In this document: in pieces, positions 38,556 through 51,620 of the stretch | Layout of the letters: the number at the start of each line of letters is the position of its first letter | Numbering within the stretch: position 1 is the first letter of the stretch | Source: an uncultured Planctomycetaceae bacterium | GTDB lineage: Bacteria > Planctomycetota > Planctomycetia > Planctomycetales > Planctomycetaceae | DNA length: 64,000 bases | Direction: 5' to 3' | Assembly: GCA_963976765.1 (NCBI GenBank) | Contig: CAXBME010000006.1 | Span: forward strand, 1-64,000 | Notes under the pieces: generated by a model | The model's input: only the letters and a program-made list of their open reading frames with translations | What the model was told of the DNA's origin: nothing | The model's database searches: none | Position numbers and translations under genes: made by a program

Positions 38556-39242
38556 ATGCAAATCAACCGGCATCCATTTTCAGGCTCTTTGTCGAAGATC
38601 GCCTGGACGATCCTGGCACTGTCGGTCTGCGTGCTGATTCTGAAGGTCACCGTTGTCGTGACGATGAATTATCGCGACTACGTGCCGCCGGACTTCGATT
38701 CCGATTTTCTGCTGGATCGAGAAGCGTACTTCTGGAACGGTTACCACTGGGCCTTTTACTCACATATCATTGCCGGTCCGTGGACGTTGATCGTGGGGAT
38801 GATTCTGCTCAGTGACCGCTTTCGAATGCGATACAGAAAGTGGCATCGTTTTCTTGGAAGAATTCAGACCGCGGGCGTTCTGCTGGTGATCATGCCGAGC
38901 GGAATCTGGATGGCCATGTACGCCGCAACCGGTGCTGTCGCCGGCGCGGGATTCGGATCACTGGCCGTTGCGACGGGATGGTGCGTCTACCGAGGCTGGA
39001 GGTCAGCTGTCACCAGACAGTTCAACCGTCATCGCCGCTGGATGTTGAGATGCTACGTACTGCTTTGTTCGGCTGTGGTTCTGCGTCTGACCGCCGGTCT
39101 TTTCATTGTCGCAGACATCGACAGCGACTGGATCTATCCGATGTCAGCCTGGACGAGCTGGCTGGTTCCACTGGCGGTTTTTGAGCTGATCAACTTTCGA
39201 CGAGCAACGTCTCAACAATCCATTGCTAAAGAGTCAGTCTGA
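38556..39242 (+). CDS. DUF2306-like membrane protein
   Basis: FYSHII, WHRFLGR, HRRWMLRCY, VVLR, SWLVPL. Confidence 0.75.
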   Translation: MQINRHPFSGSLSKIAWTILALSVCVLILKVTVVVTMNYRDYVPPDFDSDFLLDREAYFWNGYHWAFYSHIIAGPWTLIVGMILLSDRFRMRYRKWHRFLGRIQTAGVLLVIMPSGIWMAMYAATGAVAGAGFGSLAVATGWCVYRGWRSAVTRQFNRHRRWMLRCYVLLCSAVVLRLTAGLFIVADIDSDWIYPMSAWTSWLVPLAVFELINFRRATSQQSIAKESV

Positions 39243-39248
39243 TCGCGG

Positions 39249-40652
39249 TCACGCGATGATGTCGTGAACGACTTTGCCTTCGACATCCGTCAGTCGGAAT
39301 TCGCGACCCTGGTAACGATAGGTCAGTCGTTCGTGGTCAATGCCAAGCAGGTGCAGAATCGTCGCGTTCAAATCGTGAACGTGAACGCCGTTTTCCGCGA
39401 CGTCCATTCCCAGTTCGTCGGACTGCCCGTAGCTGACTCCACCTTTAACCCCGCCACCGGCGAGCCACATGGTAAAGGCATCCTTATGGTGATCTCGCCC
39501 GGAAAGTCCTTTGTCCTTCGCATTGCCACCTTGCCGCAACGGAGTCCTGCCGAATTCCGAACCCCAGACAATCAGCGTGTTTTTGAGCAGATCCCGCTGC
39601 TTGAGATCCTTGATCAGCGCCGCGATCGAACGATCCGTTTCTTTGCATTTGGCCGGTAACCGAGTTTCGATTCCGCCGTGATGATCCCAGTCGGAATCGT
39701 AGAGTTCGACCAACCGCACACCCCGCTCAACCAGCCGCCTGGCCAGCAGACAGTTGTTGGCAAATGAAGCTTTGCCTGGTTGCGCACCGTACGATTCAAG
39801 TGTCGCCTTTGATTCGCCGTTGATTTCCATCAATTCGGGAACGGACGCCTGCATGCGAAAGGCCAGTTCGTACTGCTTGATGCGGGTTTCAATTTCCGGG
39901 TCGCCGGTCGCCTGAAACTGTTCCTGATTGAGTTGCCCCAACGTGTCGAGAACTCGGCGACGGTCTGCCTGAGACTGTCCATCGGGACTGGACAGAAAAA
40001 GGACGGCATCACCCTGTGATCGAAACTGAATTCCCTGATGCACGCTCGGCAGAAAACCCGACGACCACATGCTGGTTCCCGCTCCACCAGCCGGGCCGCT
40101 CAGAAGGACCACATAGCCGGGCAGGTCTTTGTTTTCAGAACCCAGACCATACGTGACCCACGATCCGAAGCTCGGTCGCCCGCCGCGTCCGAAGCCGGAG
40201 TGCAGAAACATCTGAGCCGGCGCGTGGTTGATCTCTTCGTTGTGCAAAGAACGAATCACGGCGATGTCGTCCGCCACTTCGCCAATATGAGGCAGTAGTT
40301 CCGAAAGTGTCTGCCCGCTCTCGCCGTGCTTTGAAAACTTCCACGGAGATCCGGCCAGCGTCGACGTTTTTCCGATGAAGGCGAAGTCTCGATCCTTCGT
40401 CACTTCAGGTGGACACGGTTCGTTGTGCCGTTTCTTCAGCTCTGGTTTTTCGTCGTACAGATCGAGATGCGACGGTGCGCCGATCATGTGCAGATAAATA
40501 ACGTGCTTCGCCTTCGGCGCAAAATGCGGCTGTCCCAGCGCCGCGTCGACGTCATCATTCAGCATCGACGCGAGAGCCAACCCACCAAAACCGATCCCGC
40601 ACGAATTTAAGAACGCACGTCTGTCGCTGCTCAGATATTCCGAACCTGTCAT
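39249..40652 (-). CDS. DUF1501 domain protein
   Basis: [48 protein letters not shown]. Confidence 0.92.
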   Translation of the reverse strand: MTGSEYLSSDRRAFLNSCGIGFGGLALASMLNDDVDAALGQPHFAPKAKHVIYLHMIGAPSHLDLYDEKPELKKRHNEPCPPEVTKDRDFAFIGKTSTLAGSPWKFSKHGESGQTLSELLPHIGEVADDIAVIRSLHNEEINHAPAQMFLHSGFGRGGRPSFGSWVTYGLGSENKDLPGYVVLLSGPAGGAGTSMWSSGFLPSVHQGIQFRSQGDAVLFLSSPDGQSQADRRRVLDTLGQLNQEQFQATGDPEIETRIKQYELAFRMQASVPELMEINGESKATLESYGAQPGKASFANNCLLARRLVERGVRLVELYDSDWDHHGGIETRLPAKCKETDRSIAALIKDLKQRDLLKNTLIVWGSEFGRTPLRQGGNAKDKGLSGRDHHKDAFTMWLAGGGVKGGVSYGQSDELGMDVAENGVHVHDLNATILHLLGIDHERLTYRYQGREFRLTDVEGKVVHDIIA

Positions 40653-40703
40653 GTCAAATCTTTCTTCGAAGTTCAATGCTGGTTGTTGAACATTCGATGT
40701 TCT

Positions 40704-43700
40704 TCAGTCTTTGGTAATTGTCTCGTGCAGGTTCAGCAGAACGGTGGCGACGCTGTACCACGCTTTTGATTCAGCGTTTTCCTGATCAGCAGGATGCTTT
40801 GAATCTTTCGCGGCAGTAAATGTTTCCGTAAACAAATGATGAAGTGCGTTCCGTTCGGTGTCGGTCGGTTGCCGGCTTGCGCAGATTTGGAATGCGTACG
40901 TGAGTTGTTCATCAATTGAGTTGTCTCGTTTTTCGTCAACGATCCGTTTCGCCAGAGCTTCCGCCGCCTCGACGTAAACGGGATCGTTGAGCAGCGTCAG
41001 CGCCTGCAATGGCGTGTTTGTCCGCGACCGCTTGACCGTGCAGGCCAGCCGCGCGGTCGCGTCAAAGTTGACGAAGCTCGGGTAAGGTGAGCCGCGTTTC
41101 AGGACAACGTAAATACCTCGACGGTGCTGCTCGCTGCCAGGGCTGGTTTCGTATTTGTAATTCGTGCCGCCGACTTTCGACCAGATGCCGTCCGGTTGAT
41201 AAGGATAGATTGGCGGTCCGAACTGCTTCAGATCGATCAGGCCGGAAACCGCCAATGCGTTGTCGCGAATCATCTCGGCGGACATCCGGAATCGTGGCCC
41301 GCGAGCCAGCAGCGAGTTCTGATCGTCAAGGTCAAGCAGTTTACGAGTGACTCGCGAGGACTGTTGATACGTCGCTGACAGAACAATGGTCTTCAACATG
41401 TGCTTCATCGACCAGCCATTCTCCATGAACTCAACCGCCAGCCAATCGAGCAGTTCCGGGTGTGATGCCGGCTCGCCCTTAATGCCAAAATCTTCAACCG
41501 TCGGCACGATGCCGCGGCCAAAGATTTCCGCCCACCAACGGTTAACCGTGACGCGTGCAACAAGGGGGTTGTTTTTATCGACGAGCCAGCGAGCGAGTGT
41601 CAAACGGTTGGGTGGACCATCGAGTTCCGCGTGCAGGATGCCAGGAGTGCCGGCTTCGACCTTTTCGCCGGGGTTGCGATAGTCGCCCCGTTCGAAGACC
41701 GTCGACAGGCGTGGTTCGTCCAGCTCGATCATGACCAGCGTTGTGTCGGCGGCCACTCTTTTCAGTGCGTTTTCAAATTTTGTCACCTCAGCGGCCAGTT
41801 TTTGCGATTGGCTGTCCTGGCCCACTCGATAATCAAGCAGCGTTTTGCGATCTGCCTTCGACCATTTTTCAGACGGTTCCTTTACGGCCTTGACGAGTTC
41901 TTCCGGGACGGAGTCGGCATCCGGAATTCCAGTAATTGCCGACAGCCTGAAGCAGCCGATGGATCGAGCCGTTCCATATTCATGCTTCAACTCAAAAACG
42001 AGTTCCTGATCAGGACGAACGTCAAGCGGCTTGTCCATAACGAACATTGCCCAGTGGTCGGTATCAAATTTCGGTGAGATGGCCCAGCCGGTTCTGGGCT
42101 TTGAATTGATGGCTCCTGAAACGTCCCAGTTGTTCTGCGAAAAGTCCGCCTTCGCCGATGAGAATTTCAGCGGGACATGGTCATCCGTCGTCTTCTTTTT
42201 CGAATCGGCTGCCGAAACGAGCTTCGCCGAGAATTCGTTCAGGACGAAATTCCGCCGAACCGGATCGCCTCGGCCCGGACCTTTTCCTGGTAGAGCGTCG
42301 TGCCGCAACACTTCCAGCTTGAACGCTCGAACGCCAGCGATGTCGGCTCGGACTTTGACGGTGTAAACGTCGACGTCCGGCGGATCGTCCCCGACCAGCA
42401 GAATGGAACCATCGTCAAGCCGCTTGAATTCGTCCGTCGGCCCGAGTGATTCAAAGTCGGCAACGTCCAGGACGTGCTCTTCGGGTACGTTTCCAAGGCC
42501 GGCTGCAAACTCCGTCGACCAGTTTTCAAGATCCCGATTCAACTCGCGGCGGCGCTCTGTCTGATGGACTTTCACCGTCGCCATCTGTTTTTGCAGGTCC
42601 GCTCGCCGGGCATCTTTCTCAGCATCCGACAGTTCCATCATCGGACCTTTGAACGCAATCGAGCTGGGCGACTTACTGGCCCGATCAGCTTCCATTTCCG
42701 TGTTGTTAAAGAAGGCGAGCAGCCGGTAGTAGTCCTTTTGAGGAAACGGGTCGTACTTATGGTCGTGACACTGGCAACATTCGAATGTCGTTCCCAGCCA
42801 GACCGCGCCTGTCGTGTTGACTCGATCAATCACCTGCTCGATGCGGGTTTCTTCGGGAATCGATCCAGCCTCGACATTGGTCGGTGTGCAGCGGTGAAAG
42901 CCGGTGGCAATTTTCTGAGACTCGGTCGCGTTGGGGAGCATGTCGCCAGCAATCTGCTCGATCGTGAACTGGTCGAACGGCATGTCCGCATTGAGCGATT
43001 TGATCACCCAGTCGCGGTAGGCCCAGACGTCTCGCAGGTTGTCGCGCTGAAAACCGTGCGAGTCGGCATAGCGGGCGACATCCAGCCACGGTCGCGCCCA
43101 TCGCTCGCCGAACTGTGGCCGCTGCAGAAGTTCATCAACGAGCTTTTCAAAACGTTCGTCCGAAGGATCGCCGGCAAAAGCAGTAACTTCTTCAGGTGTT
43201 GGCGGAAGGCCGATCAGGTCGAGAAAGACTCTGCGAACGAGTTTCTCCGCCGCTGCCTTTGGCGACGGAGAGAGGCCTTCTTTCTGCAAACGTTGAAGGA
43301 TGAACTGATCGATCGCCGACTTTGCCCAGTTCGAATCCTGAGCCGGCGGCATTTCCGGTCGTTGCGGAGCGACGTACGACCAGTGCCGATTCACTTCGAC
43401 TTTGTCCGGCCAGACAGCACCCTGCTGAATCCAGCGTCGAATGATGGCGACCTGTCGTTGGGGAAGCGGGTCACCGATAGCCGGCATGACTTCGTCGTGT
43501 CCGCGAGGCAGCAGGATTCGACGCAGCAGTTCGCTGTCGTCAGGCTTGCCGGCTTCGATCGAACCGGAATCCAGCGTCGATGCTCGCTGGTCGAGCCGCA
43601 ACTCTGCTTCCTGTTTTTCCGGACCGTGACACTCGATGCACGATCTTCGAAAGATTGGGTAAACGTCACGAGCGAAGTCAACCTGAGCGGTCTTCGGTGA

Positions 43701-43775
43701 TTCGTTTTTCTCAACGGCGAAAACGAATCCCGGAACCGCAAGGCAAACCACCAGGGTAAGAATCCGGGGCACCAT
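40704..43775 (-). CDS. Planctomycete cytochrome c (PSCyt1) plus DUF1549/DUF1553 (PSCyt2/PSD1) protein
   Basis: [55 protein letters not shown]. Confidence 0.92.
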   Translation of the reverse strand: MVPRILTLVVCLAVPGFVFAVEKNESPKTAQVDFARDVYPIFRRSCIECHGPEKQEAELRLDQRASTLDSGSIEAGKPDDSELLRRILLPRGHDEVMPAIGDPLPQRQVAIIRRWIQQGAVWPDKVEVNRHWSYVAPQRPEMPPAQDSNWAKSAIDQFILQRLQKEGLSPSPKAAAEKLVRRVFLDLIGLPPTPEEVTAFAGDPSDERFEKLVDELLQRPQFGERWARPWLDVARYADSHGFQRDNLRDVWAYRDWVIKSLNADMPFDQFTIEQIAGDMLPNATESQKIATGFHRCTPTNVEAGSIPEETRIEQVIDRVNTTGAVWLGTTFECCQCHDHKYDPFPQKDYYRLLAFFNNTEMEADRASKSPSSIAFKGPMMELSDAEKDARRADLQKQMATVKVHQTERRRELNRDLENWSTEFAAGLGNVPEEHVLDVADFESLGPTDEFKRLDDGSILLVGDDPPDVDVYTVKVRADIAGVRAFKLEVLRHDALPGKGPGRGDPVRRNFVLNEFSAKLVSAADSKKKTTDDHVPLKFSSAKADFSQNNWDVSGAINSKPRTGWAISPKFDTDHWAMFVMDKPLDVRPDQELVFELKHEYGTARSIGCFRLSAITGIPDADSVPEELVKAVKEPSEKWSKADRKTLLDYRVGQDSQSQKLAAEVTKFENALKRVAADTTLVMIELDEPRLSTVFERGDYRNPGEKVEAGTPGILHAELDGPPNRLTLARWLVDKNNPLVARVTVNRWWAEIFGRGIVPTVEDFGIKGEPASHPELLDWLAVEFMENGWSMKHMLKTIVLSATYQQSSRVTRKLLDLDDQNSLLARGPRFRMSAEMIRDNALAVSGLIDLKQFGPPIYPYQPDGIWSKVGGTNYKYETSPGSEQHRRGIYVVLKRGSPYPSFVNFDATARLACTVKRSRTNTPLQALTLLNDPVYVEAAEALAKRIVDEKRDNSIDEQLTYAFQICASRQPTDTERNALHHLFTETFTAAKDSKHPADQENAESKAWYSVATVLLNLHETITKD

Positions 43776-43829
43776 CTACCTGTCTCCAGAATTGGCCGTT
43801 TACCACGTTAATCCGAATTGAGGAGTTTC

Positions 43830-43922
43830 GGAACGCAGAGTACGCTAAGGACTCGCGGAGAAACGGAGAGTCTGTTTTGATTCTCCACATTCTCTGCGAG
43901 TCCTTAGCAGGCTCCGCATTCC
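43830..43922. repeat. 9-nt-periodic intergenic palindrome (CGCAGAG type)
   Basis: ggaacgcagagtacgctaaggactcgcggaga ... tctctgcgagtccttagcaggctccgcattcc. Confidence 0.7.
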
Positions 43923-43968
43923 GTTCATTCACCGACGCCATTCGACAGTGGATGCTGACAACAATTGT

Positions 43969-45261
43969 CTAGCTAATCTCCAAGCCGGTCAACGTGCCCG
44001 TGCTTGAGGCAAAACTGTCCTGCTCGAGCCCCAGGCGTTGCAGCACACTGACGAACAGGTTTGGCAGCGGATAGTTGTTCTTCTGGTCGAACGCCAGGTG
44101 CTGGCCGTGTTTGAAGCCTCCACCGGCCAGAATAACCGGCATGTTTCGATTGTTGTGGCTCGAAGCGTTTCCAAGGTTGCTCGTCAGGAAGACGGATGTC
44201 TGGTCCAGCAGGCTGGTTCCGTTTTCAGTGATCGACGCCAGGTCCCGCAGGAAGTCGCCGTACGCGTTGAGAATCGCGCCTTCGACGATGGCCAGCTGGT
44301 CGAGTTTCTCGTCGTCGAGTCCGTGATGGCTGAGTGTGTGGTAGCCCTCGTCAACGCCAGGTAAAGGGACCACGCCGCCTGAACCTCCCAGGTGATACGA
44401 CACGAATCTCGTTGAGTCTGTCTGCAACGCCAGGCGGACCATGTCGCTCATCAGTTTTTGTCGACCCACGAAGTCAGCCGAGTTTCCAATGTCGACGGGC
44501 TTTTTGACATCAACTGCCGGCTTCGGTCGATTTGCCCAGGCTTCTGATTCGGCCATTCGAATTTCGAGTTCGCGAACGCTGGTGAAGTAAGCGTCGAGAC
44601 GGTCCTTGTCACCGTTGCCGAGTTCTTTGCTGAGCCGTTTCGCGTCGTCGCCGACAAGGTCCATGATACTGCGGCCCTGCTTCGCTCGTTGAGCCTGTTT
44701 GACGCGTTCGGCTGGCGAGTCGTCTACAAACAGCTTCATGAACAATCGCGACGGGCGATCTTCCGCTGGAATCATCGCGCCGTTTTCGGTGTAGGACGGG
44801 CTGTTGCTGCCGCTGCTGCCTAGGACGAGCGACGAAAACCGGGTCTTTGAACCAAGATGCTTCGCCATGTACTGGTCGACCGAGATCGTATTCTTACCAC
44901 GCCCCGAACTGCCAACAGGATTTGCCGTCAGGATGCTGGCTTCGGCACGATGACCGCCGCCGACTCCGGGATGAGACGACCCCGAAACGATCGTCATTTG
45001 ATTCCGCAGATCCTGCAGCGGCTTGAGGTAAAGACTCGGCTCGTAGTCGCGACCGGCCTGCTTCGGGTTGAGGTTCTCGGTCAACAGCCCAAGCCCGAGC
45101 GACATTGACACAAAACGCCGAGGCGTTGCATCAGCATGATCAACGGCAAATGCTTTCTGCATAGCCGTCATCCAGGGAAGTGCCATTGCAACACCGGCCC
45201 CACGAAGAATTGTACGACGATCGAGTGTTCGGCCACGACTGAAATTGATTCGCTTTGACAT
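43969..45261 (-). CDS. DUF1552 domain protein
   Basis: [50 protein letters not shown]. Confidence 0.9.
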   Translation of the reverse strand: MSKRINFSRGRTLDRRTILRGAGVAMALPWMTAMQKAFAVDHADATPRRFVSMSLGLGLLTENLNPKQAGRDYEPSLYLKPLQDLRNQMTIVSGSSHPGVGGGHRAEASILTANPVGSSGRGKNTISVDQYMAKHLGSKTRFSSLVLGSSGSNSPSYTENGAMIPAEDRPSRLFMKLFVDDSPAERVKQAQRAKQGRSIMDLVGDDAKRLSKELGNGDKDRLDAYFTSVRELEIRMAESEAWANRPKPAVDVKKPVDIGNSADFVGRQKLMSDMVRLALQTDSTRFVSYHLGGSGGVVPLPGVDEGYHTLSHHGLDDEKLDQLAIVEGAILNAYGDFLRDLASITENGTSLLDQTSVFLTSNLGNASSHNNRNMPVILAGGGFKHGQHLAFDQKNNYPLPNLFVSVLQRLGLEQDSFASSTGTLTGLEIS

Positions 45262-45335
45262 GGTTCTTTTTTTCCGTTGCTCGCCTGTATGGCAGGCGGT
45301 GAATATTGATCCGATGTTCAAGAAACTGACTCAAA

Positions 45336-47747
45336 CTACTTGCTCATGAAAACTCGACTCGAAGCGACCGACGCGATCAGAGAGCGGAATCCGTAATCCG
45401 ACTGTGCACACTGTTTGACGATCTCACTGACGGCTGAGCGGTCGGCAAAGGTCACCGGCATTCCGGTTCCGTAGGTGATAAGTTTTTCGGCAACGTTTTC
45501 AGCAAGCATTTCGGGCTGTGACACGACAAGTTTCTGAAACGCCTGTAAGTCTTCGAAGTGGCGACCGTCTGGCATGTCGTAGCTGGCGTCGATCGGTTTC
45601 GGTTGAAAGCCCTTCTTCCACTTTCCGGTGTAGTAGGTGCTTCGCCATTGTCCGGCGGGATTGAAATTTTCGAGTGCAAAGCCAGGCGGGTCGATTTTGA
45701 CATGACAACTTGCGCACGAATCGTCGGCCCGATGCTTGTCGAGCATTTCACGAATCGACTTCGCACCGCGAATGTCAGGTTCGATGGCTGGCACATTTTC
45801 AGGCGGCGGCGGAATGTGAATTCCGAGTAGTCTTTCTGAAACCCACAAGCCTCGGATCACCGGCGAAGTTGTCGTGCCGTTCGCGGTGACCTTCAGAATC
45901 GCGCCATGAGTCAGCAGTCCGCCGCGATGATCTTCCGGCTTCAGGGAAACGTGTTGAAGTTGATCGCCGGTCACTCCATCGATTCGGTAGAAGCGGGCGA
46001 GGCGGCTGTTGAGAAAGGTGAAGTCAGAATCGATCAGGTTTTCTACGCTCAGATTTTCGTCGAGCATCTTCTGCAGATAAGAGTGCGTTTCGTCGAGCAT
46101 CGACTGCTGCACAACGATGTCGAAATCGCGGAACATTCTTGGGTCGGGCTCGGTAAAATCGATCAGACTCAAATCGAGCCATTCCGCCGCAAAGTCTCTG
46201 ACGAAATTCTTTCCGCGATCGTCGGCCAGCATCCGTTCGATCTGTTGCTGCACGGCCCACGTCTTCGTGAGTTTGCCCGCTGCGGCCTGCTTGAGCAGTT
46301 GAGCGTCGGGCATGGTGTTCCACAGGAAGTAACTGAGTCGAGAAGCCACAGCGTAATCGTCCAGCGCCCCGGGAGCCTCGTGAAAGTACAGAAAGCGCGG
46401 CGAGCAAAGCACCGCGCGATAGCCGCCTCGAAGTGCATCGAGCAGCGGCTCGCCGTTGTCCAGATCCGAGTGAACCATCTCGACGTATGGAGCAACTTCG
46501 TCTTTCGAAAGAGGGCGCCGAAAGGCTCGCTCGGCGAAAGTGTGCAGCAGCGTTGCCGCGTCTACTTTCGGGCTTTCGGAAACCAGTGCCGCTGGCTGCT
46601 TGTTTTTCGCCGGAGTGAGTTTGAGTTTTCCGAACAATGAATTCCGCAACAGCCAGTTGCCGCCGCCTCGATACACGCGTTTCATTTCGACAGATTCCAG
46701 AGCGACGCCGGGCACGTTCTGCGGCCCGCCTTCACCGGCTCCAACCTGACCGCCGTTAAAGCGAGCCTGTTTCAGCGTGCGATCACCGGGGCGAATTTCC
46801 AGCATGTGACCTTTGGGAAGCCAGCATTCGAAATTCCATTCCTGAGTTTTCGCCGTCGCCTCGAACGAACCCACCCAGTCCAGCAGCGGAGCGCTCGATA
46901 CGCAAAGTCCCGACCGAACGGTGCACCAGACGCCGCCGCTTTCCGGAACTTTCAAGGCGGACGCCTTTACGTTGAATCGGTACCAGCCATCTTCGCGAGC
47001 GGTGGTTACCGGGAGTCGCCCGTAAAACACCAGTCCCGATGCCCAGGTGACTGCCTTGCCGTCAAGCATTTCAGGCTCGCGAGTTCGCTGCGTGGGGCGA
47101 CGGCGAACCAGTTCCTTAGCCGGGAATGTTCTGGTCCAGTCGTCGTTGGGTAATGGGGCTCGGCGAAAGGCTTCGTCCAGTGCAGCGTCCACCACTTCCA
47201 GATGGTTCTGAATCTGAAAGTGCGACATCGGCTGTCCGTCGGCAACCGTCGTGAAGCCGTCGGTGCGAGGCTCTTCCGTCATTAATTTTGCCAGCGGAAT
47301 ATCGATGCCAAGCAGATCATGCAACGTCCGCTCGAGTTGCAGATTGGTGAGCCGTCGACCGCGAACTCGCCCCAGCGTTTCCCATTGCTGCCGCTGGTGT
47401 GTGCTCAGCCAGTTGCGAGTGACACCGAGGAATTCGTCGATCTCTTTCTGCTTTGGTCGGTCGGCATCTTTGGGAGGCATCTCGCCAGCGTGGACGCGAT
47501 CGAAGATTCGGATCCAGCGAGCTATGTCGCCGGGCGCATCCAGCGTTCCCTCCAAAGCCGTCAGATCAAGACCGCCTTCGCCGTCTGCACCTTCGTGACA
47601 CGCGGCACAATGATCGGTTAGAAATGCTTTCACGGCATCGGGGATGCCAGGCGACGCTGCTTTCGCATCAGTCGTCCACGAAGCAACGACGACGAGCAGG
47701 GCAGTCGGCCACGAAAATCGGAGAATCAGGGCAGAACTACGCAACAT
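45336..47747 (-). CDS. DUF1592/1588/1585/1587/1595 planctomycete cytochrome-like protein
   Basis: [42 protein letters not shown]. Confidence 0.9.
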   Translation of the reverse strand: MLRSSALILRFSWPTALLVVVASWTTDAKAASPGIPDAVKAFLTDHCAACHEGADGEGGLDLTALEGTLDAPGDIARWIRIFDRVHAGEMPPKDADRPKQKEIDEFLGVTRNWLSTHQRQQWETLGRVRGRRLTNLQLERTLHDLLGIDIPLAKLMTEEPRTDGFTTVADGQPMSHFQIQNHLEVVDAALDEAFRRAPLPNDDWTRTFPAKELVRRRPTQRTREPEMLDGKAVTWASGLVFYGRLPVTTAREDGWYRFNVKASALKVPESGGVWCTVRSGLCVSSAPLLDWVGSFEATAKTQEWNFECWLPKGHMLEIRPGDRTLKQARFNGGQVGAGEGGPQNVPGVALESVEMKRVYRGGGNWLLRNSLFGKLKLTPAKNKQPAALVSESPKVDAATLLHTFAERAFRRPLSKDEVAPYVEMVHSDLDNGEPLLDALRGGYRAVLCSPRFLYFHEAPGALDDYAVASRLSYFLWNTMPDAQLLKQAAAGKLTKTWAVQQQIERMLADDRGKNFVRDFAAEWLDLSLIDFTEPDPRMFRDFDIVVQQSMLDETHSYLQKMLDENLSVENLIDSDFTFLNSRLARFYRIDGVTGDQLQHVSLKPEDHRGGLLTHGAILKVTANGTTTSPVIRGLWVSERLLGIHIPPPPENVPAIEPDIRGAKSIREMLDKHRADDSCASCHVKIDPPGFALENFNPAGQWRSTYYTGKWKKGFQPKPIDASYDMPDGRHFEDLQAFQKLVVSQPEMLAENVAEKLITYGTGMPVTFADRSAVSEIVKQCAQSDYGFRSLIASVASSRVFMSK

Positions 47748-48324
47748 TTGAGTTCACCAGAAGGCTGTGGAAGACGCGTCGCTCGGGGGATTGAGAGACG
47801 ACGGAATGGAGAGTCAACAGTGTGGCGAGTCGCCAGCGGGGAAGCAGCCATTTGCGGATCAGGTCGCTGGAAAACGCGTCACGATCAGCCAGCAGCCGAG
47901 CAATGATCGTACCCGGATTACAGGCAGATCTCCAATTCCGATGCAAATTCCACGCAGGAAAACCGGATACCGGTTACCGGATCCTCAGAGGTTGCACTCG
48001 TAACCTATTCGGCATGACCGAAGGCTGTAACAGGCATCGCGCCGTTTCGGCAGTTGAGACTGCCAAAACCCGTTCGAATTGCCGAAACTGCGCGGAGCCT
48101 TCTACTGCCTGTGAATAAAAACGAACAACCGCTCACCGTTTGAGTAACCTTCAACTTTGCCAGTCCTGTTCAGTAGCAATCGAAGCTCTCGACACATGCT
48201 TCCGTGAGTGGCGACAAACGCAGGCAAACTCACCAGAATCCAAGTCCAGAGTCACCGGGATCACCGACTCGGTGCAACTTGCCTGACCGACAGAACTCCG
48301 AACTTCTACAACGAGGTGCCTTCC

Positions 48325-51279
48325 GTGACGCAGCAAGCAAACACGTTTGAAACAAAACTGCCCCTGACGATGAGGCGTCCTGTTTCTGTCATCGCGAGAT
48401 GGTGCCTGCTCGCGATGCTGGCTCTGCTGGCAAGCGGCTCGAATGCGATAGCCGCGAAGAAGCCTAACTTCATTTACATCAACATCGACGATCTCGGTTA
48501 TGCAGACATCGAGCCGTTTGGTTCGAAGGTTAACCGGACTCCACATCTCAACCGCATGGCCAAGGAAGGTCGAAAGCTGACCTGCTTTTACGCGGCACCG
48601 GTCTGCTCGCCGTCGCGAGCGTCGCTGATGACCGGCAGCTATCCGAAGCGGGCACTCAGCATTCCCCACGTGCTCTTTCCAGGCAACGCGGAAGGACTTT
48701 CGCAAAACGAAGTCACGGTCGCCGAGCTTCTCAAAAAGCAGGGCTACGCAACCGGCATCGTCGGAAAATGGCACCTCGGTGATCAGCCGGAGTTTCTGCC
48801 AGGGAAGCAGGGCTTCGATTACTACTACGGGCTGCCCTACTCTAACGACATGGGGCCGGCTGAAGACGGCGTAAAAAGCAATCTCGGAGCGCCACTGCCT
48901 CAACCAAAAGCCGGAAAGAATGCACGTTCGGGCCAGCCGCCATTACCGCTGCTCAGAAATGAAACGGTCCTGCAGCGAGTTCTTCCTGACGACCAGCAGG
49001 CCATCGTTGAGCGGTACACGAACGAAGCCGTCAGCTTCATCTGGGATCATCGCGACGAACCGTTTTTCCTCTACCTGCCGCACTCAGCCGTCCACTTTCC
49101 GCTGTACCCCGGAAAGAAGTTTCACGGCCAGTCGAAACACGGCCTGTTCGGTGACTGGGTCGAGGAAGTCGACTGGAGCGTCGGGCAAGTGCTCGACACA
49201 GTGCGGCAGCTTGGCCTGGCTGAAAACACGATGGTCATCTTCTCGTCGGACAATGGTGGCCAGAATCGTCATGGAGCGATCAATCTGCCACTTCGAGGCG
49301 GTAAAGGCACCACCTTCGAAGGCGGCATGAGAGTCCCCACGATCGCCTGGTGGCCGACAAAGATTCCCGCCGGCACGGCGAGCGACGAAATCGTCAGCAC
49401 AATGGACATCCTGCCGACGCTGACGAATCTCGCAGGCGGCAATGTACCTACCGATCGAAAAATCGACGGAAACGACATCTGGCCAATCCTTGCCGGAACC
49501 GACAACGCAAAGTCTCAATACGAAGCGTTCTACTTCTTCCGAGGCTTCAATCTGCAATGCGTCCGCAGCGGCGACTGGAAACTGCATCTGGCAGGTGGCG
49601 AACTCTACAACCTCAAGGATGACATTTCCGAAGCGAATAACGTGGCGAAAGATCACCCGGAAGTGGTCGCGAAGCTTCGAGCACTGGCCGACGCTCAGAA
49701 AGACGATCTTGGCGTGAAAGACGTCGGCCCCGGCTGCCGACCGCTCGGCAAAGTGGCAAACCCGCAACCGCTGATCAATCACGACGGAACGGTCCGCAAA
49801 GGATTTGAGCAGGCTACTGTCCACGCCGGTCAGGGAATCATGATCGGCGAGGTGACCTCAACCAGCGTGCTGGTTCAAGTCCGACTGACGAAGGCCGACC
49901 ATCTGATCGACCAGAAAGGCGAGTCGGCAGAAACGCCTCTACCCAGCGACCTGCCTGGCACCAATGGCAAAGTCATGTTCATCCTCGCCGGGCCGCAGAT
50001 GCAAGGGGACCAGCTTGTTCAGGTTGACAATCTGGTAATCGGGTTCGGCGACGCAAAGTCTGAAAAAGACTTCATTGCTCGAACGGTCGTCAAAGATCTC
50101 ATTCCCGGACAGGAATACAAAATCCGAACTGGAATCGGACCAGACCTTGACGTGATGTATCCCGGCCCGACGGCGACATTCAGAACGTTGCCTGGCAAAG
50201 ACAGTGATGCTTCCACGAAATTCGTCGTCGTGACGGGAATGAACTACGCAAAGTTTCACGGCGACAACCGGATCGACGGAAAGATTCACCTGGCACACAA
50301 CAATACCGAGTTGCCGGAACCGTACTCCGGGCCGGACAAACACCTGGGCTACCCGGCTCTCGCAACAATGCTGCGTCTGAAACCGCACTTCTTCGTCGGC
50401 ACGGGTGACAACATTTATTACGACACGCCGAAGAAGCCTCGCGCAGAAACCGTGCCTCAGATGCGTCAAAAGTGGCATGAGCAGTTCATTCAGCCTCGCT
50501 ACCGCCAGTTCTTCGCTCAGGTGCCGACCTACTGGATGATCGACGACCACGACTACCGCATTGATGACGGAGACAACTCGGGTGATTACCTGCCGTCACC
50601 CGAAACCGGTCACCGCATCATGCTCGAACAGCTTCCCTACGGACCGGCTGACCAGGGAACAGAAACGAAGACCTACCGCACTCATCGAGTCAACAAAGTC
50701 CTTCAGATCTGGTTCACCGAAAACCGCCTCTACCGCAGCGACAACGCTATGGATGACGGACCGGATAAAACGATCTGGGGCGCCGAACAGAAAGCGTGGC
50801 TGAAGAAAACGCTCGCCGAAAGCGACGCGACGTTCAAGCTGATGATCTCCCCCACGCCGATGGTCGGCCCCGACGACAAACGAAAATTCGACAACCACAC
50901 GAACTTCAACGGCTTCCGCCACGAGCGTGACGAGTTTTTTGCGTGGCTCAACAAAACCGGCATCGCCAAACAGAACTTCTATCTGGTCTGCGGAGACCGA
51001 CACTGGCAATACCACGCGCTGCATCCGTCCGGCATCGAAGAATTCTCCTGCGGAGCCCTGGTCGACGCCAACTCCCGCCTGGGTCGAGCCCCCGGCGACC
51101 CGGCATCAACCGATCCCAAAGGCCTGATCAAACAACTCTACACGCAGAAAGAACGCTCCGGCGGCTTCCTGATGATTGAATCATCCCCCGCCCAATCCGA
51201 CGCCACACCAACCCTGTCCTTCATCTTCCACGACGAAAACGGAGCCGTCCTGCACAAGCACACAAAGCAGGGAAAGTAG
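48325..51279 (+). CDS. Arylsulfatase - PhoD-like phosphatase fusion, secreted (start 48325 GTG or 48370 ATG)
   Basis: DDLGY, CSPSRASLMTG, GKWHLG, SDNG; then TGDNIYYD, DDHDY, CGDRHWQY. Confidence 0.88.
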   Translation: MTQQANTFETKLPLTMRRPVSVIARWCLLAMLALLASGSNAIAAKKPNFIYINIDDLGYADIEPFGSKVNRTPHLNRMAKEGRKLTCFYAAPVCSPSRASLMTGSYPKRALSIPHVLFPGNAEGLSQNEVTVAELLKKQGYATGIVGKWHLGDQPEFLPGKQGFDYYYGLPYSNDMGPAEDGVKSNLGAPLPQPKAGKNARSGQPPLPLLRNETVLQRVLPDDQQAIVERYTNEAVSFIWDHRDEPFFLYLPHSAVHFPLYPGKKFHGQSKHGLFGDWVEEVDWSVGQVLDTVRQLGLAENTMVIFSSDNGGQNRHGAINLPLRGGKGTTFEGGMRVPTIAWWPTKIPAGTASDEIVSTMDILPTLTNLAGGNVPTDRKIDGNDIWPILAGTDNAKSQYEAFYFFRGFNLQCVRSGDWKLHLAGGELYNLKDDISEANNVAKDHPEVVAKLRALADAQKDDLGVKDVGPGCRPLGKVANPQPLINHDGTVRKGFEQATVHAGQGIMIGEVTSTSVLVQVRLTKADHLIDQKGESAETPLPSDLPGTNGKVMFILAGPQMQGDQLVQVDNLVIGFGDAKSEKDFIARTVVKDLIPGQEYKIRTGIGPDLDVMYPGPTATFRTLPGKDSDASTKFVVVTGMNYAKFHGDNRIDGKIHLAHNNTELPEPYSGPDKHLGYPALATMLRLKPHFFVGTGDNIYYDTPKKPRAETVPQMRQKWHEQFIQPRYRQFFAQVPTYWMIDDHDYRIDDGDNSGDYLPSPETGHRIMLEQLPYGPADQGTETKTYRTHRVNKVLQIWFTENRLYRSDNAMDDGPDKTIWGAEQKAWLKKTLAESDATFKLMISPTPMVGPDDKRKFDNHTNFNGFRHERDEFFAWLNKTGIAKQNFYLVCGDRHWQYHALHPSGIEEFSCGALVDANSRLGRAPGDPASTDPKGLIKQLYTQKERSGGFLMIESSPAQSDATPTLSFIFHDENGAVLHKHTKQGK

Positions 51280-51377
51280 CCACCGGAACAATTCCGGCTG
51301 TGCCCGGGTGGCATTTTATTGGTCGCGTCGCTGCTTGTTCCGACCGAACTCGCGGTGCGTCAATGCCGACGAGAGAC

Positions 51378-51437
51378 AACCACGAAAGAAACGAACTGAC
51401 ACGAAAGACGAAACCGGTTTTCGTGACTTCCGTGGTT
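51378..51437. repeat. 9-nt-periodic palindrome (CACGAAA type), left border of accessory cassette
   Basis: aaccacgaaagaaacgaactgacacgaaag ... ttttcgtgacttccgtggtt. Confidence 0.75.
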
Positions 51438-51481
51438 CATTTCTGATCGCCGTCAGCCTGTCTCGATCAAAGATCTGTGGC

Positions 51482-51616
51482 GCAGGCTGAGTCTCGACCC
51501 GGCTTGACGCCTGTTGCTGAGACACGTCCCAGCCTACCTCACTGAAATTCGCTGAGCCGTACGACCGGTTCCCACCGACCGAGACAGCTTAATCGGTCGG
51601 TAGGAACCGACCACAC
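51482..51616. repeat. Two adjacent degenerate REP-like doublets
   Basis: gcaggctgagtctcgacccggc...gctgagacacgtcccagcctac; gtacgaccggttcccaccgaccga...tcggtcggtaggaaccgaccacac; related half copy at 52431-52452. Confidence 0.7.
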
Positions 51617-51620
51617 CTGG

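Noticed and set aside
47950..48100. AACCGG-ATA-CCGGTT palindrome and nearby hairpins between divergent genes
   Set aside because: Could be an operator, but single instance with no regulator nearby
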